This document shows positions 17,101-27,738 of a DNA stretch of 55,284 nt, piece after piece. The notes beneath the pieces were generated by a model. It did not search any database, had not been told where the DNA came from, and was given only the letters and a program-made list of their open reading frames with translations. Every line of letters begins with the position of its first letter. The first letter of the stretch is position 1. The position numbers and the translations under genes were made by a program. The stretch comes from Ministeria vibrans ATCC 50519 (lineage: Eukaryota; Protista; Filasterea): positions 1-55,284 of the forward strand of contig CALSCP010000957.1 of assembly GCA_943704425.1 (NCBI GenBank), written 5' to 3'.

Positions 17101-18657
17101 CTCTTCGGCTTCCGCAGCACGACCCTTTTCAAGGAGCGCATTTCGGTCGTTCATCAGTGTTTGTAGACGCTCTTTGAGCATAGCAATTTCCTTCTCCAAC
17201 TGCTTCAGCGCATCCAAACCCACTGCTTCTTTCCACTCGGGTGCCTTGCTCTCCAGCGTATCCTTCACCTCACGCATTTCCGTCAGCGACGCACTAATTT
17301 TGTTTTCCAGCACACCAACCGACTTTTGCAATGCCACATCAAGCACCTCCCCCAGTGCAATGCCAAGCCGCTCTTCCGGCTGCAAACACCACCGTCCCGA
17401 CATCATTCTCGCTGTGGCCACTTCCGTGCTCACAGACGTGTCACCCAACGAACTCTCCGACAAAACCATCCACACTGTAGGCAATGTCATTGCTGCAAGA
17501 CTCTCTCCACTAGGCTCATTCTGAAACAAAAGGTTGTGCGTGAGCTTTTTTTGAAACAAAGAGAAAAGTCAATGATGAGAGCGATTCACATCACTAAAAC
17601 TCATGTTTTTTTCTATCATTATGGTTGACTCGTACCACAGAGGCGGCCTCTGTTTCGTCGTCGGACTCGGAAAAGTGGCGCGTTGTGTGACGAGGTGGTG
17701 CAAGGACGGGTGACTGTTGGACCTTGGATTTGCGTGAGGCGGAGGTCTTCGACTGCTGACGGGGTGGTGGTGTACAAGGTGCACTCCTTGAAGAGGGTGG
17801 CGGCGACGTTGCAGTGGTGCTAGTAGTAGAGCGTGCAGTAGAAGGGCGTGCAGAAGGGCGTGGAGAGGTGGGTCGAGAAGCAGGTCGAGAAGCAGTGCGT
17901 GAAGCAGAACGTGAGGCGGGTCGTGCAGTTGTTGGACGAGAGGGTGGCTTTGAGGTGGGACGTGAAGTAGGTCGAGTGGGTGCCTTGTCCGCTTTGTTCT
18001 TCGTTGAGGTGTGCAAAGATGAATCGGGCTGCTTTACAGCGGGAGTACGTGGTCGTTTTGGAGGAGGATTTGTGGCGACGCGTGAAACAGCCTTAGCAGC
18101 AGAATGGAGTGCAACACGAATGGGAGCGTGAACGTCCGCACGCGACTTGGACGGCGCCGATGCCGCTGACGCAGATCCATTGGATGGCTTTGAAGAAGCG
18201 GATGCGGCTGAGGCGGGCGCAAGGGGCGCCTCTGACGCGCTGGTGGAGTGCGAGCCCGTCCGACTGAGCGGCTTCAACGCATAGCCCAAATTGTGCTCGT
18301 CAAACTCCAGTTTCACGCCCTTCTTGAACAGCAAGAAGTGCTTGTTGCACAGGCCCTCCTTGAACGGCGGTCGATCGCATCGGTAGCCTGCACAACGATT
18401 CAACAGAGTTGTGTTATTACGTTTTTTCTCTCTTGTCTGACAACTGTCAAAAAAAAAAAAACAGATGACTCTCATAGAGAGTAACGAAGCAGCGCACACG
18501 CGTGATTGCAGCGACACACAGATACAGGACGCCATGTGGGCGGGTGGGGCGCCCTACCTCGTCTGGTGATGGCCTTGCAAGCGAAACTAAGATCGGGCCG
18601 GACGGAATGCGACAGCGACGCCGGAAGATCGGCTTCCGTCGTCCTTGGTCTGTCCAT
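14121..18657 (-). CDS. Class II-like histone deacetylase with N-terminal C3H zinc finger, coiled coil, acidic tracts and AT-hooks (3 exons, crosses N-gap at 15264-15270)
   Basis: RPPGHHA, GFCLFNN, DIDVHHGNGT, YPGT, SAGFDAH and EGGY all present. The spliced N-terminus gives CKAITRRGYRCDRPPFKEGLCNKH. RGRPRK and GRPRKRP occur in the C-terminal part. Confidence 0.88.
15410..15600 (-). repeat. (GAA/GAG)n coding repeat, poly-Glu in HDAC
   Basis: Long TTC/CTC runs on the + strand. Confidence 0.95.
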
Positions 18658-18949
18658 TGTGCACGCACAGCCGCTTTTGCACTGTCGCTTTTGATCAATG
18701 TGTGTTTTAATATAATAATAATTATTATTATCATTATTATTCAATATTATTATTCCGCTGTAAATTTATTCATGAAAAGAAGAATAAAGCTGAGTAGGAA
18801 GTGAGGAATCAAAAACGGCAAGATATATAGTCAAAAAGAGATTAAAGACGGTAAACCGTGGAGAAAATCGATCAACACACACACACACACACACTGACGT
18901 GTGAAATAGAAATTTAAATAACAAATATTACTGTACATAAGGTTTATTA

Positions 18950-20054
18950 TCATTCATTACTGTCATGGATCTTGGTGATGGAGTCAGCATCGAGACGACC
19001 AGCATCGGGCTCGTTCGGAACCAAGGAGGAGCGTGGTGGAGAAGGATAGACGACGGCAAAACAATCAACGAGATAGGGCACACAGACAGTGCGTAGCATG
19101 TTCGAGAGATGCACAAAGGTGGTGTGGGTGCCTGAAGAGGCAGGGGGAGTCGGAGTGGGGTCGGCGGAGAGGGAGGACTCGACCGCAATAGTGGTCGCGG
19201 AGACAGCCTCGCAGGCGCGACGGAGAACTCGCGAGAGCATTGTAGCAAGAGCAGTGCGACTGTGCAAGGGAGCGCACACACGAAGATCATTCAGGGCGGA
19301 CAGTACACTGTATACATAGGGGAAACACAGTGATGATGAGTAAATCAAAAAAAGAAATGGAATTAAAGATTACTCGTTTGTGAAGAGAGCCAAAGGAGGA
19401 TGAGTCAAGAGAATGCGAGGAGGAACGGTGGAAGGAACAGAGTGGGAGTCGGACGAAGAGTCGTCGGAGACAGTGATGGAGCGCATTTGAGGGGAATCAT
19501 ATGACTCGAGACGCACAACAAAGGCACTGAGAGCACTGTCGAGAGCACGAGAAAAGAGCGAGACGGCAACACGCGCAAAGAGAGGAGAGAAGAGCGGACG
19601 GAAGTCTGCGCAAATGCGCGAAAAGGACACACCAAAGCGCATTGTGTGTGCAAGGAGAGATGACAGCGTCGCGCCCGACGCAATAAGTGGTAGATGGGTG
19701 CGCAGAAGTGAGTGCAGCAAGTGCACTTCATGCAGAACCTACACAGGGAATCCACATGTCATTGTTAGTTCTACCATTTTGACTCTCTATACTTTGTTTC
19801 TCTCTATCACTTGTTTCTTTCTCCCTTCTCTCTCTCTCTCTATCACTTTGTTCCTTTCTCCATCCTCTCTCTTTATCACTTTGTTTCTTTTTCTCTCCTC
19901 TCTCTTTATCACTTTGTTTCTTTTTCTCTCCTCTCTCTTTATCACTTTGTTTCTTTCTCCCTCCTCTCTCTTTATCACTTTGTTTCTTTCTCCCTCCTCT
20001 CTCTTTATCACTTTGTTTCTTTCTCCCTCCTCTCTCTTTATCACTTTGTTTCTT

Positions 20055-20133
<79 letters not shown>

Positions 20134-21526
20134 AGTATGTATGTATTTTATATAAAATATTGTGATTACCCAGCCACAGAGCAGTCCCCCGGCAGGTGCA
20201 TCTGCATCGGCGTCGTTGGCAAACACTGCCCTGTACTGCGTCACAATGTCAAATATGTGCTGTCGCGCTCCTTCAATATAGTTCATCACAGCCTAACAAA
20301 AACACAGAGAGCAAGAGAAGTCAGTTTGGATGCCCAAGACAAAGACGAGAAAAAAATTGGGTCGAACTTGAGCGGCTGTGTCACTGAGAGCGGTGCGATC
20401 GGCATCGCCGTGTGTGCGTTTGCCCGGCACAGGCACCGGTGTAACTGCCACGACGCCACGCAGCCATGCTGCACGCGCATGCAAAAAGCGTAGACGCAGT
20501 TCAGGTTCACTAAACGCACCGGTGCGCCGCAGATGGCCCACTGTGCGCAGACACAGAGGCAGGGGAATGCTCGTGCGCAGTGTCTGGAGCAGTTGATGCA
20601 ACATCACTCGCGATGAGACACCAACCTATGGAAAATAAAAACATAGAACGTGAGCCAGAACGTGGATCAGCATTGTGAGCGTGCGTCAGAGCGTGACTGC
20701 CTTTCCCAGTCGATACCTCCTCCACAATGGCATGCACCAGTGCAATGTCTCCGTGTCGCCGTGCGAGTCGTACAACGTGCGCTTCAAGCTCAAGCGCCTC
20801 TTCGTAGGACTGCTGGCGTACACACAATGACATTAGTTGTGGTATTTCAAGAACCTATTGGCCACGGGAAGAACGAGAGTCAGAAACAAGGAATTGGTGC
20901 GAAAGAGTCGTGTTGAAAAAAACACCTCCAAGAGCTGAGTGTGATTGTGAAGTGCTTTCGATTGCTCAGTGCGCGATTGCGTCAGTTTCGGAGCAAAAGC
21001 ATTGAACTTGGTGACTGTGCTTGAGAGTGTTGGAAGCGTCGTGAGCAGCGAGTCCAAATGTGTCGCCAGTGAAGAGAACTGAAAGAGACACATTGAGTGA
21101 TCAGAAGCGTCCAAATCAAAAACTCGCTTTACCTCTGCTTTCATATCACGGCCACACTCGGAGGTTCTCACAAACGCCTTGTAGTTGTCCCACGCAAGTA
21201 TCCTCAGGCGCTGTTGGACGTCTTCTAAGCGCACTTGGATGCGCGTCTAACGAGAAGTGTTTAGCAGTGCAACAGACTTCACTTTTGCGCCCTATCACTC
21301 GTGTACCGGCTCATCCGCCAATCTCTCCAGCGAATACGATGTCAAATTGTCCAAGTACTCAGCATACTGAGCGTCGTCTTCCCAGAGCGCTGAAATGGTC
21401 GGTAAGGACTCGTTTAACGATATGGGACACATCAAGCAAAAAAAAACTGATCGTACCCGTTGTCATGCCCGGAAAGACGCTTGACAAGGTCGCCGTCGCC
21501 CCAGACTCGTCTTCAAACACAGACAT
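18950..21526 (-). CDS. COG8: Conserved oligomeric Golgi complex subunit 8 (Dor1 family), multi-exon
   Basis: LERLADEP, LAWDNYKAFV, TQLLEVLEIPQLMSLCVRQQSYEEALEL, IPLPLCLRTVGHLRR, ELRLRFLHAR, HIFDIVTQYRAVF, DFRPLF, PPLALFTN and LSALNDLRVC. Confidence 0.95.
19790..20130 (+). repeat. ~27-bp TTTATCACTTTGTTTCTTTCTCCCTCCTCTC minisatellite followed by (CT)n
   Basis: About 9-10 copies, then ~70 bp of pure CT, in a COG8 intron. Confidence 0.95.
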
Positions 21527-21622
21527 GTCGACTGAAGCAAGATATCAAGCGGAAAAGTTTTGATGAATTTGATCTTTCGAAAATCGAATGGAACCATTCA
21601 TTGACCATTCATTTCTGCGTCC

Positions 21623-23946
21623 ATGTCAAGAGGCCGAATAGGGGGGCCGCGAATGCCCGGCATTGGCAAAGCGGCCCAACGATCTTCGCCAGACGTGGTA
21701 AGCGATGTTCCAACACACACACACACACACACTCTATCTCATGACACGTTCTCTCTCCTCTCTCTCTCTCTCTCTCTCTGTTTGACAGGACATGCCAAAG
21801 ATTCTTCCAGGAAATACCCTTGTGCTTCCCTTCCAGGGCACTGATGTAACTGTTACCACCCCTTTGTAAGGTTCAAACTCACGTGATTTTCTCTCACAGC
21901 TCACTTTTCCGCCTCAAAAGAAAAAAAAATTTAATACTTATTCATAATTTCAAAAAGCTTATCGTTCTTCTCTGTGCTCATCTCTCGCGCCACAGCCCGC
22001 TCTTTTCCTCCCTGCGCCCACCCTATACTCCCTACTATACATTTCTTTCTCCTCCGTTGCTGTGGAGTCTCCCTCTTGCTTCGTTACGCTCAAAGTGGAG
22101 CACACAAATTCCTTTGGTCATTTTTGGGCCTTCTTTGCGCTCTCTCACTGACTCTCTACGTGCAGCTTACGACTGCCCAGCGGCACCGAATGCGCTCCAT
22201 CAGAACTCGACACTCTGCGGAGAATCGGCATCGGCTCGTTCGGTTGTGTGATCCTGGCACAGTACGTGTGTGTGTGAGAGAGAGAGAGAGTGTGTGTGTA
22301 AGAGAGAATGTGTGTGCGTGTGAGAGAGAGTGTGTGTGTGTGTATGAGAGAGAATGCGTGTTCGTGTGTGTGTGAGAGAGAGTGTGTGTGTGCGTGTGTG
22401 TGTATGAGAGAGAATGTGTGTGCGTGTGTGTGAGAGAGAGAGTGTGTGTGCGTGTGTGTGTATGAGAGAGAATGTGTGTGCGTGTGTGTGAGAGAGAGTG
22501 TGTCTGTATGAGAGAGAATGCGTGTACGTGTGTGTGAGAGAGAGAGAGAGTGTGTGTGTGTGTGTATGAGAGAGAATGTGTGTGCGTGTGTGTGAGAGAG
22601 AGAGTGTGTGTATGAGAGAGAATGCGTGTGTGTGTGTGCGAGAGAGAGAGAGAAAGTGTGTGTGTGTTTGTGTGTTTGTGTGTGTGTGTGAATATAATTA
22701 TGTGTATTATATTATATAAATTATAATATATAATTAATATAATTTAAATTGTATGTGTGTGTGTGCCTGTCTGTCTGTGTGTGTCCTGTCTCCTGTCTGA
22801 CCGCTGCTCATGCCTCCCCGTTCTACCTTCACAGACAACGCGAGGCGCCCCATGAGCAAGTTGCCGTAAAACAATTGACAGTGGCCGCGTTTCGTACCGA
22901 CGAGAAGAAGGTATCGCAGTGCTTTGCTTGTCAGTAGTAATTGTGCCTTCATCACTCACTACACATCCCTTTCAATAGAAACAACTGCTACGCGAACTCG
23001 ACGTGCTTAAGATGAGCGACTCTCCATTTATTGTACAATACTGCGGAAGTTACTTTGAAGAGGTAGGGTGCAACACAGAGCGAGGAAGAGTGTGTGGAAG
23101 ATCTCAATTGGGAAAAAATAATGTGTTTCTTTGGCTCTCTTAGGGTGAACTCAATCTTGTGATGGAATTTATGGACGGTGGTTCGCTTGCTGATCTACTT
23201 ACGCTCAACAACGGACCCATTCCGGACAATCTAGTGGCACACACAGCCTACTCAGTCGTCAGAGGACTCGTAAGACAGAGTAAAAAACTGTCGAGTTGAT
23301 GATTTTCTTGGTGCGTGTAGGACTATTTGGCGTCCAAGGCAGTCATTCACAGAGACGTAAAACCTAGCAACATTCTTGCAACTCGTACCGGCCATGTAAA
23401 GATCTGCGACTTTGGAATCAGTGGAAAGTAAGACTTCACACTATGAAATGTACTTGCGCGCACGCCAATGTTGCCTTTCTCAATAATTCACACGCATACA
23501 CACACACACACACTCACACACTGACACTTACTTTGGTCGTCCTTAGACTGGAGCTGTCTGTCGTCAAGACCCGCGGCGCCTTTTGCAGCATCTATCTGTG
23601 TCCGGAGCGTCTGTCGGGCAAGAGCCACGCATACGGAGTAGAAAGCGATGTGTGGGCACTAGGAATCAGCATTGTGGAAATGGCTCAGGGCTCACATCCA
23701 CTCGGAGTGGACGTTACCATGATAGACGTGATGCAGCGCCTCCTCCACGGCCCTCCCATCCGCCTGTCGCCTGACTCCCACCCGTCTGACGCCTGTGAGT
23801 TTGTCGCGCTCTGTCTCAATGTCGATCCCATGAGAAGAGCCCGCAAATACGCTCTGCTCTTGGACCATCCATATCTCAATAGAGACCGTATTAGTGAGTC
23901 GGATGAAATGGCTCAGTGGATTCAGTCTCTTCAACCAAATTCTTGA
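21623..23946 (+). CDS. MAP kinase kinase (STE7 family, MKK4/7-like activation loop), multi-exon
   Basis: [72 protein letters not shown] and [14 protein letters not shown]. Confidence 0.92.
22262..22690 (+). repeat. Compound (GT)n/(GA)n higher-order minisatellite in MAP2K intron
   Basis: Recurrent ~45-50 bp unit gtgtgtatgagagagaatgYgtgtgcgtgtgtgtgagagagaga. Confidence 0.9.
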
Positions 23947-24279
23947 AATTTAGTTTTTACCCCCTTTTTATCTTTTGTATTTGTAATACACTTCTAAAAG
24001 TTCTGTGATAAGCTGATCAGCTCTCTGGACGATTGTATTTTGTTCGCTAGTTAGTAAGAGAACCTTTGTGTGAATACTGTCTCAAAGGAGTCCCAAAGCC
24101 ACAAACAAAAGTAACTCATTGCACAAATTGATCATCACCGTATGCCCGCAGTGTCAGGCGACGCATAGAAGTTTCCATAGTAAGTGGTTGTGTTCGACAA
24201 GAGCGAGGAGTGGCTCATTTCTAGCTCATATAGTTCTCCCCTCTCTGGGAGGAAACTGGGAGTTCTAAACCTGTCCNNN

Positions 24280-27200
24280 AAGGGAACTCGGCCAGCTCAC
24301 TAACCTCGTAGAGCTCAACCTCTTCGGCAACAAATTGAGCGAGGTGCCACCGGAACTCGGCCAGCTCACCAGCCTTACGTCGCTCGACCTCTCCTACAAC
24401 CAATTGAGCGAGGTGCCACCGGAACTGGGCCAGCTCACCCGCCTTACGTCGCTCAACCTCTCCTACAACCAATTGAGCGAGGTGCCACCGGAACTCGGCC
24501 AGCTCACCAGCCTTGTGGACCTCAACCTCTTCCACAACCAATTGAGCGAGGTGCCACCGGAACTCGGCCAGCTCACCCGCCTTACGTCGCTCGACCTCTC
24601 CTACAACCAATTGAGCGAGGCGCCACCGGAACTTGGCCAGCTCACCAGCCTTTCGAACCTCGACCTCTCCTCCAACCAATTGAGCGAGGTGCCACCGGAA
24701 CTCGGCCAGCTCACCAACCTTTTGCGCCTCAGCCTCTTCTCCAATCAATTGAGCGAGGTGCCACCGGAACTCGGCCAGCTCACCAACCTTTTGCGCCTCA
24801 GCCTCTCCTCCAACCAATTGAGCGAGGTGCCACCGGAACTCGGCCAGCTCACCAGCCTTACATATCTCAACCTCTCTCACACCCAATTGAGCGAGGTGCC
24901 ACTGGAACTCTGCCAACTCACCAGCCTTACGTGCCTTGAACTCGAATCCAACCAATTGAGCGAGGTGCCACCGGAACTGGGCCAGCTCACCAGTCTGACG
25001 CACCTCAACCTCTCCTGCAACGAATTGGGCGAGGTGCCACCGGAACTCGGTCAGCTCANNNNNNNNNNNNNNNNNNNNNNNNNNNNNNNNNNNNNNNNNN
25101 NNNNNNNNNNNNNNNNNNNNNNNNNNNNNNNNNNNNNNNNNNNNNNNNNNNNNNNNNCAACCAATTGAGCGAGGTGCCACCGGAACTGGGCCAGCTCACC
25201 AGTCTGACGCACCTCAACCTCTCCTGCAACGAATTGGGCGAGGTGCCACCGGAACTCGGTCAGCTCACCAGCCTTACATATCTCAACCTCTCTCACACCC
25301 AATTGAGCGAGGTGCCACTGGAACTCGGCCAACTCACCAGCCTTACGTGCCTTGATCTCGAATCCAACCAATTGAGCGAGGTGCCACCGGAACTCGGTCA
25401 GCTCACCAGCCTTACGTCGCTCAACCTCCGCGAGAATCTATTGAGCGAGGTGCCACCGGAACTCGGTCAGCTCACCAGCCTTACGTCGCTTGACCTCCGC
25501 GAGAATCTATTGAGCGAGGTGCCACCGGAACTCGGCCAGCTCACCAGCCTTACGTCTCTCAACCTCTCCTCCAACCAATTGAGTGAGGTGCCACTGGAAC
25601 TCGGCCAACTCACCAGCCTTACGTGCCTTGATCTCGAATACAACCAATTGAGCGAGGTGCCACCGGAACTCGGCCAGCTCGCCAGCCTTGAGGACTTCAA
25701 CCTCGAATCCAACGAATTGAGCGAGGTGCCGGAACTGGGCGAGCTCACCAGCCTTACGTCGATCAACCTCTCCTGCAACCAATTGAGTGAGGTGCCACCG
25801 GAACTCGGCCAGCTCACCAGTCTTACGTCGCTCAACCTCTCCTACAACCAATTGAGTGAGGTGCCACCGGAACTCGGCCAGCTCACCAGCCTTGAGGACT
25901 TCAACCTCCAATCCAACCAATTGAGCGAGGTGCCACCGGAACTGGGCGAGCTCACCAGCCTTTACGACCTCAACCTCCAATCCAACCAATTGAGCGAGGT
26001 GCCACCAGAACTCGGCCAGCTCAAGAGCCTTACGAACCTCGACCTCTCCTACAACCAATTGAGCGAGGTGCCACCGGAACTGGGCCAGCTCACCAGTCTG
26101 ACGCACCTCAACCTCTCCTGCAACGAATTGGGCGAGGTGCCACCGGAACTCGGTCAGCTCACCAGCCTTACGTCGCTCAACCTCCGCGAGAATCTATTGA
26201 GCGAGGTGCCACCGGAACTCGGCCAGCTCACCCGCCTTACGTCGCTCAACCTCTCCTACAACCAATTGAGCGAGGTGCCACCGGAACTCGGCCAGCTCAC
26301 CCGCCTTGTGGACCTCAACCTCTCCCACAACCAATTGAGCGAGGTGCCACCGGAACTCGGTCAGCTCACCAACCTTGTGGACTTCAACCTCGAATCTAAC
26401 CAATTGAGCGAGGTGCCACCGGAACTCGGTCAGCTCACCAACCTTGTGGACTTCAACCTCGAATCTAACCAATTGAGCGAGGCGTCACCGGAACTCGGCC
26501 AGCTCACCAGCCTTACGTCGCTCAATCTCCGCCTCAACCAATTGGGCGAGGTGCCACCGGAACTCGGTCAGCTCACCAGCCTTACGCACCTCAACCTCTC
26601 CTGCAACCAATTGAGCGAAGTGCGACTGGAACTCGGACAGCTCACCAGCCTTACGTCGCTCAACCTCCGCTCCAACCAATTGAGCGAGATCCCACCGGAG
26701 CTTTGTCAGCTCACCTGCCTTCGGAGCCTCAACCTCTGCTCCAACAAATTGAGCGAGGTGCCACCGGAACTCGGCCAGCTCACCAGCCTTACGTGGCTCG
26801 ACCTCTCCTCCAACCAATTGAGCGAGGTGCCACCGGAACTCGGCCAGCTCACCAGCCTTAGGTCGCTCGACCTCTCCTCCAACCCTTTGACCTCTCTCCC
26901 GAATTTTATTGCGGACCTGTGCAACCTGGATATCCTCACATTACTTCCCAATCCTCTCCTCGTCCATCCGCCACCAGAGATTGCTTCCAAAAATATCGAG
27001 GATATCCAAGCCTATCTCCGCACAACCCCGGCGCCCGTCTCCGCAAAACCTCCAACGTCAGTCACCATACAAGGGGAAGAACAAGACAAAGCCGCTTCTT
27101 CTTCTTGTAAGTCCGTGCTCTCGTGTGGCTCGGCAGAATCACACTCACGTAAAGCAAAACGCGGAGTGAAACGACCTCCTTCGTCGCAGCCGCCGTCTCA

Positions 27201-27477
27201 CACCCGCGGCAATGCCGACACGGGCTCACCGCCAGCTAAAGCACGCGCTGTCGGCGGTACTACGCCTGCACGCCGCGACAGGACAGAGAAAATCGCGGGA
27301 TCGGAGAACGAGGAGTCGGAGGACAGTCCGTTGAGCGAACAAACGGAGTGGTTCCCGCCTCAGCCGACACGCCGGACGATTATCCGCTCGTTTTGTCGGC
27401 TCACGGGGAGGTCGGTCGGGGAGGTTGAGCGGTTTATTGCTGCGGTGCGGAAAGCGGAGGGAAGCGGGGAAGAGTGA
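24280..27477 (+). CDS. Leucine-rich-repeat protein (>=35 23-aa LRRs, LRR cap, disordered tail); true start lost in N-gap
   Basis: Consensus LSEVPPELGQLTSLxxLxLxxNQ; cap NPLLVHPPPEIASKNIEDIQAYLRT; gaps at 24277-24279 and 25059-25157. Confidence 0.93.
24281..26890 (+). repeat. 69-bp coding tandem repeat array
   Basis: Near-invariant CAATTGAGCGAGGTGCCACCGGAACTCGGCCAGCTCACCAGCCTT every 69 bp. One unit is 66 bp (in-frame Pro deletion near 25730). Confidence 0.98.
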
Positions 27478-27738
27478 GTGAACTCTCAGTGAAGTGTGAG
27501 TCAAGAGTGGGTAAAGTCAGAGTGAAGAAGTGTGAGTGAAGTGCGCGTGAGCCTTTTTTTTTGAAGAACAGTATAATATTTTGCTAATAATAATCAGTTC
27601 TTATAAATTATTATTATTCTCTGAGTCTTTTCGAAGTACTTTCAATCAAGTATTGTGCTGGTCTTTGTTTCGTACAATGTCTTGTTTTGACGTTGAGTAC
27701 AGCTCTAGTCGATTCTTTATTTATTACAATTATGGTGT

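Noticed and set aside
24184-24276. Possible LRR N-terminus (…GRKLGVLNLS) upstream of the 3-N gap
   Set aside because: Suggestive, but there is no in-frame ATG and the frame cannot be linked across the gap, so it was left out of the CDS call.
25059-25157. Gap as evidence of a rearranging site
   Set aside because: Both flanks share the same 110 bp, so it is most simply an unresolved repeat overlap.
24281-26890. CRISPR-like constant/variable periodicity
   Set aside because: The period is 69 bp (23 codons) in an open frame, the variable parts are homologous to one another, there are no cas genes, and the context is eukaryotic.
24221-26990. Long antisense ORFs over the LRR array
   Set aside because: Expected by-product of a stop-free repeat unit; no independent coding signal.
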